Below, piece by piece: positions 9,079 to 19,556 of a DNA stretch of 38,981 bases. The DNA lies in the sequence record DRR723986_3469; one strand, written 5' to 3'. Each line of letters starts with the position of its first letter. Position 1 is the first letter of the stretch. The notes under the pieces were generated by a model, which worked only from the letters and a program-made list of their open reading frames with translations, did no database searches and had not been told where the DNA came from. A program made the position numbers and the translations under genes.

Positions 9079-10275
9079 ATGGATTCTGCACTGCGTTGGG
9101 CTCTTTTTCTTGCCGCACTGATTTGTAACTGCGGGTTCTGGCTGGCACTCTTCAACATCGTCAACTCAACAGGTCTGAAGCGCAAGCACACGAAACGTAT
9201 CGAAAAGCTGGTTGTCGTCGCCTGCTTCGCGACCCCAGCCCTTGCGCTGTTCATCGGATATCTATCGACAGAGCCGACGGCCTGGCCTATCGACGGCGAC
9301 ATTTTCCCAGCCGCGACATCACTGAGGGTTTGGCTGGCAGCTTGTTTGCTGTGGGCGATTACTGGAGGAGTCGTCTGGCTCGAATCACGACGATGGATCT
9401 TTCCGCCCGAAAACTTGAAAGTTACGCAAGCGACCTCATATGTTGTCAGCGAACAGACCGGCGTACAAAGCGAAGCAACCGAGCTGACTCGATTCCTGGG
9501 CGGACTGCCAGGCAATCAAATCGGTGAGATCGAAATCAATCGCAAGACCCTGACTCTGCTCCGCAAGTGCCCAGAGGTCGACGGACTCACGATTGGCCAT
9601 ATCTCCGACATCCACCTGACCGGGCAACTGTGCCTAGAACACTACCAGTTCGTCTTTGACACCTTCCAAGACCTCGAGCCAGACATCATCATGGTCTCTG
9701 GCGACATAATCGACTACGCGAAGTGCCTTCCCTGGATCGAGGATTTGTTCTCTCGATTGTCGGCGCCGCTTGGGAAAGTATTCGTGCTTGGAAATCACGA
9801 CCGCAGAATTGCGGACGTGTCCGAAGTCTCCTCCTGCCTTGAAGAACAGGGGATGGCCGATGCAGGCAAAGCAGACATATGCTTACCGATTGGTGACGAC
9901 TTCAAGATCGAAGTTCTTGGCAATGAACTCCCCTGGCTCCGGCGGCACCTGGAAACAGAACCCAGGGAACCACAAGTCGAATCGCAAGACTCGCTACGCG
10001 TCGCTTTGAGCCACACGCCGGACCAGCTCAGTTGGGCTCGCCGCGAAGGCTGTGACCTTATGCTGGCTGGACACACTCACGGTGGTCAGGCCCGCCTGCC
10101 AATTGTTGGCCCTCTCGTGTCGCCCAGCCGCTTTGGAACGCGATTTGCATCTGGAGTTTTCGTCCGGCCGCCAACCCTCTTGCATGTTTCGCGTGGCGTC
10201 GCAGGCACGCATCCGCTACGCTTTCGATGTCGGCCCGAAGCAAGTCTGTTGACGCTTCGCAGCCCGGACGCATAG
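9079..10275 (+). CDS. Membrane-anchored metallophosphoesterase (YkuE-like)
   Basis: Three N-terminal TM helices; motifs SDIH, GDIID, GNHD, SH.PD, GHTHGGQ. Confidence 0.93.
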   Translation: MDSALRWALFLAALICNCGFWLALFNIVNSTGLKRKHTKRIEKLVVVACFATPALALFIGYLSTEPTAWPIDGDIFPAATSLRVWLAACLLWAITGGVVWLESRRWIFPPENLKVTQATSYVVSEQTGVQSEATELTRFLGGLPGNQIGEIEINRKTLTLLRKCPEVDGLTIGHISDIHLTGQLCLEHYQFVFDTFQDLEPDIIMVSGDIIDYAKCLPWIEDLFSRLSAPLGKVFVLGNHDRRIADVSEVSSCLEEQGMADAGKADICLPIGDDFKIEVLGNELPWLRRHLETEPREPQVESQDSLRVALSHTPDQLSWARREGCDLMLAGHTHGGQARLPIVGPLVSPSRFGTRFASGVFVRPPTLLHVSRGVAGTHPLRFRCRPEASLLTLRSPDA

Positions 10276-10479
10276 TCCTCGACCTGGGATTAGACCTCAG
10301 CCGCGCAAGTCGTCACCAAGCGGCATCAATGCTGCGCGGCTCGGATTTCATGTCGCGGTCCGCCCAAGCGAGGGATCGGAATGACTGCAATCCCAGATCA
10401 AACTGATATCGAACCACACGTGCTAGCAACACAGCCGCTCTACGGGCGCCTGGAATAGACACGATTGGGAAAGAACAGC

Positions 10480-12000
10480 ATGAAAACTCGAAACACCTCC
10501 GACGCTGGACTTCTTGCCATCACCGCGAAGGCCCTACCGATTGTGCTACTGCTGGCCGCTGTCCCCTTTTTTTCCGTGAGGGCTCAAGAGCCGGCGCAGG
10601 AAAAAACATCGGACGTGACCGGAGAAAATGCACAAGGCAACAAAACAGGTAGTGCCAAGCAGCCTAAAAGCGACGCAGTTGATAGCCCGGCAGAACAGGC
10701 GAACGACAGCGAGCCACAAGTTCCTGCAAAGCAAGAGAAGATTCAACGCATCCCGCTGACCGAGGGCACCGTCTCTTCAAACGATGTGTTCTATTCGGTG
10801 GCAGACGACGTCCACTGGATCGCAGGTGAAGTAGCAACTGTCATGCAATCGATAGGAGTTGCCGGCAGCGATGGTGCGATCTTATCGGCCGAACAAGTTG
10901 AAACACTCGTGCGCGACTTCCCACAAGTCTTTGAGTTGAGCCATGAAGATGGGAGCCCACAATACCTGCTCGTCAACAAGACGCAACTTGCAGCTCGACT
11001 GACGGACCGCAAGAGCGGCCTTCGAAGCTGGATTTCCTCCTTGACCGATGCACCGCTTAGCAAGCTAACGCTCGACCAAGAGAATTGGGCATCAGCACAG
11101 CCACCTCGGGTTGTCATCGCACTCTCTGGACTGCATGGATTTTCCAGCAGTGCTGATGCTGTTGCGTTGGCAATCACCCAGCAAACGGGAATGCCGGTTG
11201 GCAGTTTTGCATACCCCAATGATGAGCCAATCCTTCAGGCGGCTACGCGTCTAGCCCAGTCGCTGGATTCATTTTCGCACGATCACCCCAAGACCAAGAT
11301 TACGCTAGTCACGCACAGCATGGGCGGACTCGTGGCGAGAGCCGTTATCGAGATGGAGAATCGCCAGTCACAGTTTGGTTACATGCCGCAGACCAATGCG
11401 ATTGATCAGATTGTTATGGTATGTCCGCCCAATCACGGATCAGCGCTCTCAGAGTACGGCCCGTTGCTTGAAGGGGTCGAACAAGTTAGCCGACTGTTCA
11501 GTGGCAAAGGAAACGGGCGTAGGGCAGTCTTGCTAGAGATGATCAAAGACGGCTTCAACGAGGCGCCCAAGGACTTGCACCCAAAATCAGAATTCCTCAC
11601 GCAACTCAACGCCTGCCCGCGGGCGACAGACGTGGACTACTCTATCCTTGCTGGCAATGATGGGCCCATCCGTGGCGGCGCTGCCACTTTGCTAGGCAGC
11701 GTTTGGAACATCGTTTCGTCGAAAGTTGATGAGCCTGAGAACTTGGATCGCAGAATTAGGGAAGTGCTCGGCGCCGACGAATTGGTTCGGGGTAAGGGCG
11801 ATGGAGTGGTTGCCGTTGAATCTGCAAAGCTTGAAATGGTCGACGACTTCAACGTTCTGCCGATGACTCACTTGACGTGGAGCCAGCTTGACACGACGCC
11901 TGGAAAACAGATGCTTTCGGCCATAGTCGCTCGAGTCCACAAGCAGGAATTACCTCAGGCAGCCGTCAGCGGCACGTCTGCTCCATCCACCACGCACTAG
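10480..12000 (+). CDS. Secreted alpha/beta-fold hydrolase (lipase/esterase, PGAP1-like)
   Basis: Signal peptide ending ..VRA-QE; nucleophile elbow THSMGG; PPNHGS; GDGVV; catalytic His in PMTH. ATG 10480 preferred. Confidence 0.88.
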   Translation: MKTRNTSDAGLLAITAKALPIVLLLAAVPFFSVRAQEPAQEKTSDVTGENAQGNKTGSAKQPKSDAVDSPAEQANDSEPQVPAKQEKIQRIPLTEGTVSSNDVFYSVADDVHWIAGEVATVMQSIGVAGSDGAILSAEQVETLVRDFPQVFELSHEDGSPQYLLVNKTQLAARLTDRKSGLRSWISSLTDAPLSKLTLDQENWASAQPPRVVIALSGLHGFSSSADAVALAITQQTGMPVGSFAYPNDEPILQAATRLAQSLDSFSHDHPKTKITLVTHSMGGLVARAVIEMENRQSQFGYMPQTNAIDQIVMVCPPNHGSALSEYGPLLEGVEQVSRLFSGKGNGRRAVLLEMIKDGFNEAPKDLHPKSEFLTQLNACPRATDVDYSILAGNDGPIRGGAATLLGSVWNIVSSKVDEPENLDRRIREVLGADELVRGKGDGVVAVESAKLEMVDDFNVLPMTHLTWSQLDTTPGKQMLSAIVARVHKQELPQAAVSGTSAPSTTH

Positions 12001-12036
12001 TTGATAAATCGCGATATTGTTTTTTGAAGTACGGCC

Positions 12037-12765
12037 ATGCAATTAGCCTGGAACGCTGCCTCGGGCCCTTCGGCTGTTTACGCAGCCCTGTGCACCATTC
12101 GCCTCGACGCCAAACCGCCGAGCTTTCTTTCGGATGAGTTTGCCGCTACCGCCAATCAGTTGGCAGAGTTACTACCAGATCAGCAGTCTTGGTTCTCCGT
12201 ATTGCTCTCCGCAATCCGCTCTGGCAACGAATCCCAATCAGGGCAGAGCCTGAGCAATGGTGACGCCAGAATCGCCGGTGCGGTGCGGGCTGTTTGCACG
12301 GGGTACATAGCCTGCGTCCCCGACTTCCAGCAGCAGGTTGGATTGCGACTAGGGCCGCTTCAACAGCAATGGGAGGCGTACGGCCCCGGGCTACTTCGTC
12401 AAACGTTAGCCGCAACAAGTTGCTCATTCGACGACTACTTGAATTCCTCCTTGAACGATCACCGCGCGATTCAGATAACGCCAGTCCTGCCGATCTTTGG
12501 CGGAGCCGGAGTTCACATCGAGCCAGTAATCGTCATGGAAGCGGTACTTGCCAATGCCAACCCATTGCTCCCCGAAGTGCTTCGCCTGGCTTGGCTGGTG
12601 GCTGTATCAATTTGCCACGCGCAGGGTGCAGACGAGTCCCCAACAAATCTGATTCCGCACGTTGTTGAAGCTGGATCGGACATGGGGTTAACCGCCCGAG
12701 TTGAAGAAGCGACTGCGGCAGCACAACAAGACTGGCTGCGATTGCGATTTGACGCAACTTCGTAG
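12037..12765 (+). CDS. Hypothetical protein
   Basis: 242-aa ATG ORF filling the gap before the convergent batE stop; motif-like PIFGGAG...EAVLANANPLLPEVLRLAWL; function not recognised. Confidence 0.8.
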   Translation: MQLAWNAASGPSAVYAALCTIRLDAKPPSFLSDEFAATANQLAELLPDQQSWFSVLLSAIRSGNESQSGQSLSNGDARIAGAVRAVCTGYIACVPDFQQQVGLRLGPLQQQWEAYGPGLLRQTLAATSCSFDDYLNSSLNDHRAIQITPVLPIFGGAGVHIEPVIVMEAVLANANPLLPEVLRLAWLVAVSICHAQGADESPTNLIPHVVEAGSDMGLTARVEEATAAAQQDWLRLRFDATS

Positions 12766-12775
12766 TGGCAACCCG

Positions 12776-13621
12776 CTAGGAGTTATCGGCAACCAAGCCG
12801 ATCTGTGAAACTGGCACCCATCCACTCTGACCGCGCACTTCAACTTCGGCCCATTGGTCTCGGACCTGCAAGAGCCTTACTTCGGCACCATCGGGTAGTG
12901 GTTCACCTAGGCGTGGTTGAGACATTTCTGAATCGGCGCTTCGCAGTTGAGTGTCGCCAAGAACCACAGCCATTCGATCCGATCCCGTAGATGCCGTGAT
13001 TGCGGCCAAGAAAACTAGCCCCCAAAGTACCACGGGCAGAATTGCCGCATACGAAAGCACTCTGATGCGGAAAACAATAGCCATTGCCAACAGCAGCCCA
13101 GCTACAGCAAACAGTAACGCAGCCGCGGAGTACTGCTGTGCTTGAGAAATCGCCGACCGCCAGAAAAATAGCGAGTCAGTTAGTAACGGCTGCCGCTCCG
13201 TCAAAAACCCGGCACTGACCCGCGCGCGAGCGAAAGCTAGATTCTGCAGGGCTGTCTGCGATGCAGGCGCGACGGCCAAAGCTTTTCGATACGCCAAAAT
13301 CGCAGCACCAATTTGTTCCGACTCCAGTGAAGCGTTACCCAGTGCGTTCCACAAGTCTGCTCCGGGTACAACGCCCTGAGATTTGAATTGATCAATGGCA
13401 GTTTGAAAGCCCGTTGCAGCGGACCGAAACGCCGACATTCGTTCGCTCCGCTCCTGCACCGACAGACCACGCTCGTAGTCTTCAATCGCAGTTGCCAGCA
13501 AGTCATTCACGGTCACGTTGTTCACGGGCGCATCGTCGGCTACGACGCGAGCTGGAACACACGTGAACGAAAAAAGCGTGAATAACGACAACGCCCATCG
13601 AAGGGATATCGAACGCATCAT
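12776..13621 (-). CDS. batE: BatE-like protein (signal peptide, TPR, 2 TM helices, C-terminal SH3b)
   Basis: TPR LWNALGNA...GAAILAYRKAL...NLAFAR; SH3b LPDGAEVRLL...WAEV...SGWVP; last gene of the Bat operon; ATGA overlap with batD. Confidence 0.82.
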   Translation of the reverse strand: MMRSISLRWALSLFTLFSFTCVPARVVADDAPVNNVTVNDLLATAIEDYERGLSVQERSERMSAFRSAATGFQTAIDQFKSQGVVPGADLWNALGNASLESEQIGAAILAYRKALAVAPASQTALQNLAFARARVSAGFLTERQPLLTDSLFFWRSAISQAQQYSAAALLFAVAGLLLAMAIVFRIRVLSYAAILPVVLWGLVFLAAITASTGSDRMAVVLGDTQLRSADSEMSQPRLGEPLPDGAEVRLLQVRDQWAEVEVRGQSGWVPVSQIGLVADNS

Positions 13622-15459
13622 CGCAACTCCTTCGTCGTTTGCTTGAGCAGGGACTTCAGCTCATCAGCGAGCGTTGTGACTTCAGAGTCGGTTTCACCAC
13701 TAGTATTTGGTGCGAATCGGATCGCGTCAGCCCTTTCCGCAATCCTACTGGAGCGTGTTCGAAAGGAATCAGCATCACGCCCACTCAGTCGATTCGTGGC
13801 AGCAGAGATAACCTCAGCAATTGTTTCGCATTGCGAACTAGTATCGAGGCGTGCCGTGCCATCGAGGCGACGAACCAGATCATCGAATTGCACCCTCTCG
13901 TCTTTCGATTTTGCAGTTGCGAATAATCGACCAACAAGTGCAACTGCGACCAATAGTAACGCACCCACGTAACAAGCAGCCATCATCGATCGCGAAAACA
14001 GCCAAGGTGCAGGTGCTATCAATTGATCGGTCGCGGGCAGGGCCAAGTTAGCGGCCAGCGCGACCTGCATCTCAGGAGCAACAGCCTGTGATTGCCCGCT
14101 GGACTGGGCCGTCCCGGGGACACCTGTATTGCCCGACACCACACTCGACGCCGAGACGCGTTTGGCATCACGCACTGTTAGTGGCACAGAGTTGCTAACG
14201 GTTGTTTCAAATCTAGCCAACTCAGGATTAAACCAACTAAATTCAACGGGCGGAAACTCAGTGATATCACTCGATTTAGCTCGAACCGTGATGGCGAATT
14301 CCCGGACGTCGCCGCTTGTCTGTCCCGTTGGCAATTGACTAGGCAGTTGAAATGCTTCTGCGAGTCCATCCTCCATGGTGTCCAGCTTGGGCAACGACAA
14401 TCGATCGACGAAACCGTTACCCGATACCTGAAACTTTACTTCAAGCGGATCCCCCACCTGAACAGAGTCGCGCACCGCAGTGACATTCAGTGCAAAGTCC
14501 GTCCCAACCGCTCCGTTGAAGCTTGCCGGCCGTCCAACTTGAGGAATCGGTTTCACCAGAATTGCCCCGGTCGTTGCGGAGCTCCGCGCGGGCTTGTCTT
14601 CGATTTGGTCTCTAAAGCTCAAGAAGCCACCGCGCCGTATCGCAACAATGGTTCTGGTATTGCATGTCAGCTTAGCAGCGTCGCGTTCAAGCACTCGTTT
14701 GGGAACGATATCAAACTTGGAAGTCAACGTTATGAACCGCTGTCCGCCAACAACCTCTTCGCCAGAGGCCGCTGGCACCGCATACTCCTGTCCGCCAACA
14801 AATAGATTCAGGGGCGTATCACTGGATTGGTTGGACTCCAGGATTTCGAAATCCTCCAGGAAGTCAGCTCGGATTCTGCTGCGAGCATAAGCATGATTGA
14901 TTTCAGCTCGACCGCCGGTGGCTCCCCACGTCAACGAACACTGAATTTTCTGACCGACGTAAAGCTTCGTTAAGTCGGCATCAAACTCCAACAACAACCC
15001 TTCGTCGTCCGTTAATTCCTCAACATCAACGGTGATGGTGTTGGTTTCGTACTCCTCGCCACCCAACTTGATCACAAACGGTCCAATGTCATACTCACCA
15101 ACCTCGGAAATGCTAACGTCAAAGCCGAGCTGATGAGTGATCGCGGTCCGCCGCCCATTGAAACTCATTTGCCGACCCGATCTTGTGGGGCCACGTACTA
15201 CGATGGGCTGGTCAGCGGGCGGCTCCCAGCCAGCCGCGAATTCACCGTCAAAATCGGTTGTAAATCTTACGTCCACTTGAATCGGAAAACCAACATAGTG
15301 TGGACCACGTGAAGTAATTGACAATTGCTGCCCGTTGGCTGCGGTGGGTGGACCGCAAAACACCATAGCCATGACGAGCGCAGAGAGTAAGCCGAGCCTA
15401 TTCCCGCCCAGCGGCAAGCGACCTGAAAAGAGTCTGTGTTTCAGTCTGACGTGCATCAT
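13618..15459 (-). CDS. batD: BatD family protein
   Basis: Signal peptide; repeated beta-sandwich segments (YVG..I, VQVGDPL); RPASFNGAVG; FSWFNP..RF; C-terminal TM helix. Start overlaps the upstream stop as TAATG. Confidence 0.88.
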   Translation of the reverse strand: MMHVRLKHRLFSGRLPLGGNRLGLLSALVMAMVFCGPPTAANGQQLSITSRGPHYVGFPIQVDVRFTTDFDGEFAAGWEPPADQPIVVRGPTRSGRQMSFNGRRTAITHQLGFDVSISEVGEYDIGPFVIKLGGEEYETNTITVDVEELTDDEGLLLEFDADLTKLYVGQKIQCSLTWGATGGRAEINHAYARSRIRADFLEDFEILESNQSSDTPLNLFVGGQEYAVPAASGEEVVGGQRFITLTSKFDIVPKRVLERDAAKLTCNTRTIVAIRRGGFLSFRDQIEDKPARSSATTGAILVKPIPQVGRPASFNGAVGTDFALNVTAVRDSVQVGDPLEVKFQVSGNGFVDRLSLPKLDTMEDGLAEAFQLPSQLPTGQTSGDVREFAITVRAKSSDITEFPPVEFSWFNPELARFETTVSNSVPLTVRDAKRVSASSVVSGNTGVPGTAQSSGQSQAVAPEMQVALAANLALPATDQLIAPAPWLFSRSMMAACYVGALLLVAVALVGRLFATAKSKDERVQFDDLVRRLDGTARLDTSSQCETIAEVISAATNRLSGRDADSFRTRSSRIAERADAIRFAPNTSGETDSEVTTLADELKSLLKQTTKELR

Positions 15460-18400
15460 TACCAATCCTTCTCCACGATGCCCGATCCAACTGCCCGCAC
15501 CTTCTTCCCATCACGACGCTGCGCCTCAGCGTCTCTGATTGCTTGAAGGAGTTGTTCTGCAGTCATGTTTCGTTGTTGTTGATTCTGCTCGTCCTCGGTC
15601 CCCTGGCCTTGATCGCCCTGATTCTCTTGCTGGTTTTCCTGCTGCTGGTCGTCCCCGCCATTCTGCTCTTCGTTGTCTTCCCCGTCTTGGTCCTGATCCT
15701 GTTGATCGTCAAAGAGCTGGAGCGCTTTCAGCAGATTTTCCAGGGCTTGCTCCTGAGCAAGTTTCACCGACTCAAGTGGAGTCTCCGAATCCGCATCGTC
15801 CGAATCTTGGTCATCCGACTCCTGCGCCGCAGTCGTCTGATTCTCATTAGAGGAGTCGGTGTTAGCAGAGTCAGCATTCGGCGGCTCGGTTTGCGGTTTC
15901 GCTGTGTCGATTTCGCTTGTGCCGGCATTCGTCGCCGTTTGTTCACTGAGAATCTGGAGGTTCTCTACGGCGGTCCCCTGATCCGTCGCTGCCGAGCGGA
16001 TCAACTCGCTTGCCTGTTTGAACTTCATCGCTTCCTGTTGCTGACTGGCTGCTGGATCCGCCTCCCCTGGATCCGCTGCCCCTGGAATTGCGGGTGCCGT
16101 TGGGCTTGGACTCAAACCACTACCACCTTGCGCCAACGGGTCCGCCGCGCTCGCATCCGGAGATCCAGCCGACTCTCCAGCCTCAGCAAATTGCTCTGCA
16201 AGTGCGGTCGTTAGCTCCTGCAAATTCTCCTGGCGGAAGCCCAGTGGACCGGGCTGCAACTCATTGCGAGCCGCCTGACTTGAAGTCTCTTCGTTGAGCA
16301 CCTGCTGACGTTGAGCTGTATCCCTGAGGTGTTCGATTAGCGAGAAATACAACCGTTGTAACTCTTTGAGTCGCTCGATCGCGCTCTCACCGTGTCCAGC
16401 GGCGACGAAAAATCTACTTTCCTCTACCAGCGTTTCCGGACGCTTGGCATCTACGCCTGCGTTCTCTGCACCTGGACTATCCACAGAAGTTCCATCAGCG
16501 GGCGATTCACTGGGCATTTCGCCCTCATCATTGGCTTCATCAGTTTCGGACTCCTTATCGATTTCCTCCGAACCAATAGAGTCATCATCCGATGTGACTT
16601 CGGCCAATTCGCCGTCAAATTTCTTGTTTGATTCCTTCGGCAACTCACTAGGCTCGACGTCCAGCGACGCAAGCAGTTGTTCCATCTCTGTAGCAGCGAT
16701 TTTGCATAGCTGTATGGCGACTTCCGTCCGCTGTTGAAGTGCCTCGGGCGAATCACCAACCTCGCTGCCGGCTTGACCAGGTTGAGTACTCGAAGCACTT
16801 TGTTGCTCTGCTTCAGCGAGAATTTCACCTTGGAGCCGCTCGATCCGTTTGAGGTTCTTGGACTGCAACTCTTTGAGCAACTCTACGACTCGCTTCGATA
16901 TCTCAGGTGGAAGCCCCTTAGCCTCTGGGCCGAAGAAATCCGCTGGATTCTTTTCCATCTCTTGCAACTGGAGCAACTGTGCCTGGAGCTGCATTTGGTC
17001 TGCAAGTGTCACTTCGATTAATCGCTTGACGTCTAAGAAATACTCAAGCGCCTCGCCGAGCATCACCACAACTTCTATATCGGCAGCAAGAGCCCGCTGG
17101 TAGTCGCTGCTGTCCAATGCAACCTGACACTCTGACAATTCGCCTTTGGCATCGTTCACTAGCGGTAGTGCTTTTGCAAACTTTGCTCGCAGCACTTCCT
17201 GCCCTGCGTCGTCAGACGAATCTTGCTCTCCGGGCGAAGCGCCGCCATTGGTGCTTGAAGAGTTCGAAGCTGAATTTGATCCGCTTTGGGGCTCTGTGGA
17301 ACTGATCGCCTCAAACAATTGTGCCAGCTCGGCGGTTCGTTCCTCGTAAGATGCCGCTGTTTCGCGAAGAAATTCTTGATCAAGCCAAGCGGGCGCTACA
17401 CGCCGCTCTTGGCGCAGTTCATCAACAGGCTCATCGTCATTAACTGAAATCGCGTCGACCATTGCCGAAGCCTTCAGTTCGGTCAACTGTGCATGTTCGC
17501 TGACGTCACCGACCAGAAGTTTCAATCTATCCACGGGTTCTCGAAGTTGTTCGCGAGCCCGTTTTATGTAATTTGTGCTGGAATTCCAACGCAGGAACGA
17601 CGGCTGGGCAGAAAGCCGCCTCGCAAAACTTCGTGATTTGTTCGCCCACGGCAAAGCTTGTTCGACGTAGCGAAGCATCGCCCGCAGTTGCGCCCCCTGG
17701 ATAGCGGGATCAGGAGCGTCAGGTTGCTGGACATCCTTCTCTGATTCGAGGCGACTTACCTCTCGACTCGTGTCCTCGGCGAGCCGCGATATCTCCGTGA
17801 TGAGGATACGTTGCTTCCCGCGCAGCCGGCGGAATGCCGCACGATCACTTTCGTCTGGGTACAACGACTGTGTTTGACTCATCACCATCAACTCTCCGGT
17901 GATTGAGCCAGACTCCTCAATCAGTTTGTCCAGCCTAGCCGACAGGTCGCTCGGATCCTGACGATTCAGTTCATCTTCAATCGCCAAAATACGCAGCGAA
18001 ACGACTTCCAGGTTTCGCCTTGCTTCATTGCTCTCAGGTCGAATTCGGATCGCTTCGCGGAATCGTCCCGCCGCCAAGTTTAGGTGCTTAAGTGCCTCCT
18101 TGGGTTGCTCGTCTACAAGGTTCTCAGCCCGTCTCGCTTCAATCCAACCTAAATTATAGAGAGCTCGGAATCGCACTTCGCCATCCACGCCCGCTCGTCC
18201 GCGCGCTCCATTGAGCAGACTCTCTGCCTTTTCATCATCGGCAAGACTCGCCATCGCGAGGTTGTACATCTCTCGTGGACTAAGCAGCAATTGTTCATCC
18301 ATCTCGGACGCATTGCCAGGTTCGGAACTGTCTGGTGCAGCACTTTCCGATTTACCGGCATCTGGCTGGGCGTCTTCATCTTCCAACGTATCGGCAGCCG

Positions 18401-19556
18401 GCAAACTCCCCGGTGCACTTCCGGGAAAAGTCGAGGATTGCGCGGCGGCGTTGCTTGAATGCAATCCGACATTACAAATTGCCAGTAGAAGTGCCGCTGT
18501 GACGGACTTGCTGCGCCGTGCTGACCGAGCGGTAGCTTCTGGCAGAACCCGCGGCGCGGTGAGCCGCACAGCGAACAACCAACAGACCAGCCCGCAAGCC
18601 AGGGGCCATTGAAACGCCTCGTTTCGAATCGTAACCGTCCCCTCTCCCTTTACACCCGACAGCATCGACTTAATGTGGGCGTTGTAGATTGATTCCAAAT
18701 CCAAAGCTCCTGTTCCGGCCGGAATATACGCCCCCTGGGTTCTCAGCGCTATCTCTCGCAGTGTCGTACCGTCCAGCCTACTTACGACGGGATTATCATC
18801 ACGGTCTCGCAGCAACTCAGGTCTTCCAGTGTCAGGGTTTGTGATCTCTATCGTGCTGCCCGCTTCGTCACCAAATCCAACCGTAACAATCCGAATTCCT
18901 TTCTCGGCAGCCGCTGCGGCAGCGTCAAGCGGAAATGACTCATGATCTTCGCCGTCAGTGATGACAAGCATCAGCCGATTAATGTCACCCGCGGCCCCGA
19001 AGCCTTCTGTTGCGGCCCGAATCGCATCGCCCAGTTTCGTTCCGCCCAGCCCCACGCTGGAGGGCGATGCCTCTTTGAGGATGAGTCGCACGAAACCGAA
19101 GTCGGTTGTTTGTGGACAGAGCACGGTGGCTTTGCCGGCGAATGCAATCAAGCCGACTTGCTGCCCATCTCGCATCAATCCCAGCAACGCGTCGATCTCG
19201 GCCTTTGCCCGATCCAGGCGATTCGGCACGACGTCCTCGGCCAACATGGATTTGCTTACGTCCAGGCAGATCATCACCTGGCTAGAAACGGTGTCAGCTT
19301 GAATCGTCTGCCCGCCCCATTGGGGCCGCATCAATGTGACGACGAAAAAGAGCATTGCAAGAATGCAAAATCCAACCGCAATGAATCTTCTTCGCAGTGA
19401 GATCGAACGCAGCAGGCGATCCTGCATCTCGCGTGAAAGGAACTGCTCAAGTCGACTTGAACCGCGGACCAGGGTCACGACAAGAAACGCTCCAATCAAG
19501 AAGACTACCCACAACAAGTGAATGTAGTGAGGGTTTGCGAAAGTAAATCCGGTCAT
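15459..19556 (-). CDS. batB: BatB-like VWA protein fused to TPR, a long helical region and a BatC-like tail (about 1365 aa)
   Basis: N-terminal FANP TM segment; RPQWG; MIDAS DVSKS, NRLDRAK, ITDGEDH; TPR ALYNLG; Q/E/N-rich tail ending AEQLLQAI...EKDW. ATG 19556 overlaps the batA stop (ATGA). Confidence 0.88.
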   Translation of the reverse strand: MTGFTFANPHYIHLLWVVFLIGAFLVVTLVRGSSRLEQFLSREMQDRLLRSISLRRRFIAVGFCILAMLFFVVTLMRPQWGGQTIQADTVSSQVMICLDVSKSMLAEDVVPNRLDRAKAEIDALLGLMRDGQQVGLIAFAGKATVLCPQTTDFGFVRLILKEASPSSVGLGGTKLGDAIRAATEGFGAAGDINRLMLVITDGEDHESFPLDAAAAAAEKGIRIVTVGFGDEAGSTIEITNPDTGRPELLRDRDDNPVVSRLDGTTLREIALRTQGAYIPAGTGALDLESIYNAHIKSMLSGVKGEGTVTIRNEAFQWPLACGLVCWLFAVRLTAPRVLPEATARSARRSKSVTAALLLAICNVGLHSSNAAAQSSTFPGSAPGSLPAADTLEDEDAQPDAGKSESAAPDSSEPGNASEMDEQLLLSPREMYNLAMASLADDEKAESLLNGARGRAGVDGEVRFRALYNLGWIEARRAENLVDEQPKEALKHLNLAAGRFREAIRIRPESNEARRNLEVVSLRILAIEDELNRQDPSDLSARLDKLIEESGSITGELMVMSQTQSLYPDESDRAAFRRLRGKQRILITEISRLAEDTSREVSRLESEKDVQQPDAPDPAIQGAQLRAMLRYVEQALPWANKSRSFARRLSAQPSFLRWNSSTNYIKRAREQLREPVDRLKLLVGDVSEHAQLTELKASAMVDAISVNDDEPVDELRQERRVAPAWLDQEFLRETAASYEERTAELAQLFEAISSTEPQSGSNSASNSSSTNGGASPGEQDSSDDAGQEVLRAKFAKALPLVNDAKGELSECQVALDSSDYQRALAADIEVVVMLGEALEYFLDVKRLIEVTLADQMQLQAQLLQLQEMEKNPADFFGPEAKGLPPEISKRVVELLKELQSKNLKRIERLQGEILAEAEQQSASSTQPGQAGSEVGDSPEALQQRTEVAIQLCKIAATEMEQLLASLDVEPSELPKESNKKFDGELAEVTSDDDSIGSEEIDKESETDEANDEGEMPSESPADGTSVDSPGAENAGVDAKRPETLVEESRFFVAAGHGESAIERLKELQRLYFSLIEHLRDTAQRQQVLNEETSSQAARNELQPGPLGFRQENLQELTTALAEQFAEAGESAGSPDASAADPLAQGGSGLSPSPTAPAIPGAADPGEADPAASQQQEAMKFKQASELIRSAATDQGTAVENLQILSEQTATNAGTSEIDTAKPQTEPPNADSANTDSSNENQTTAAQESDDQDSDDADSETPLESVKLAQEQALENLLKALQLFDDQQDQDQDGEDNEEQNGGDDQQQENQQENQGDQGQGTEDEQNQQQRNMTAEQLLQAIRDAEAQRRDGKKVRAVGSGIVEKDW

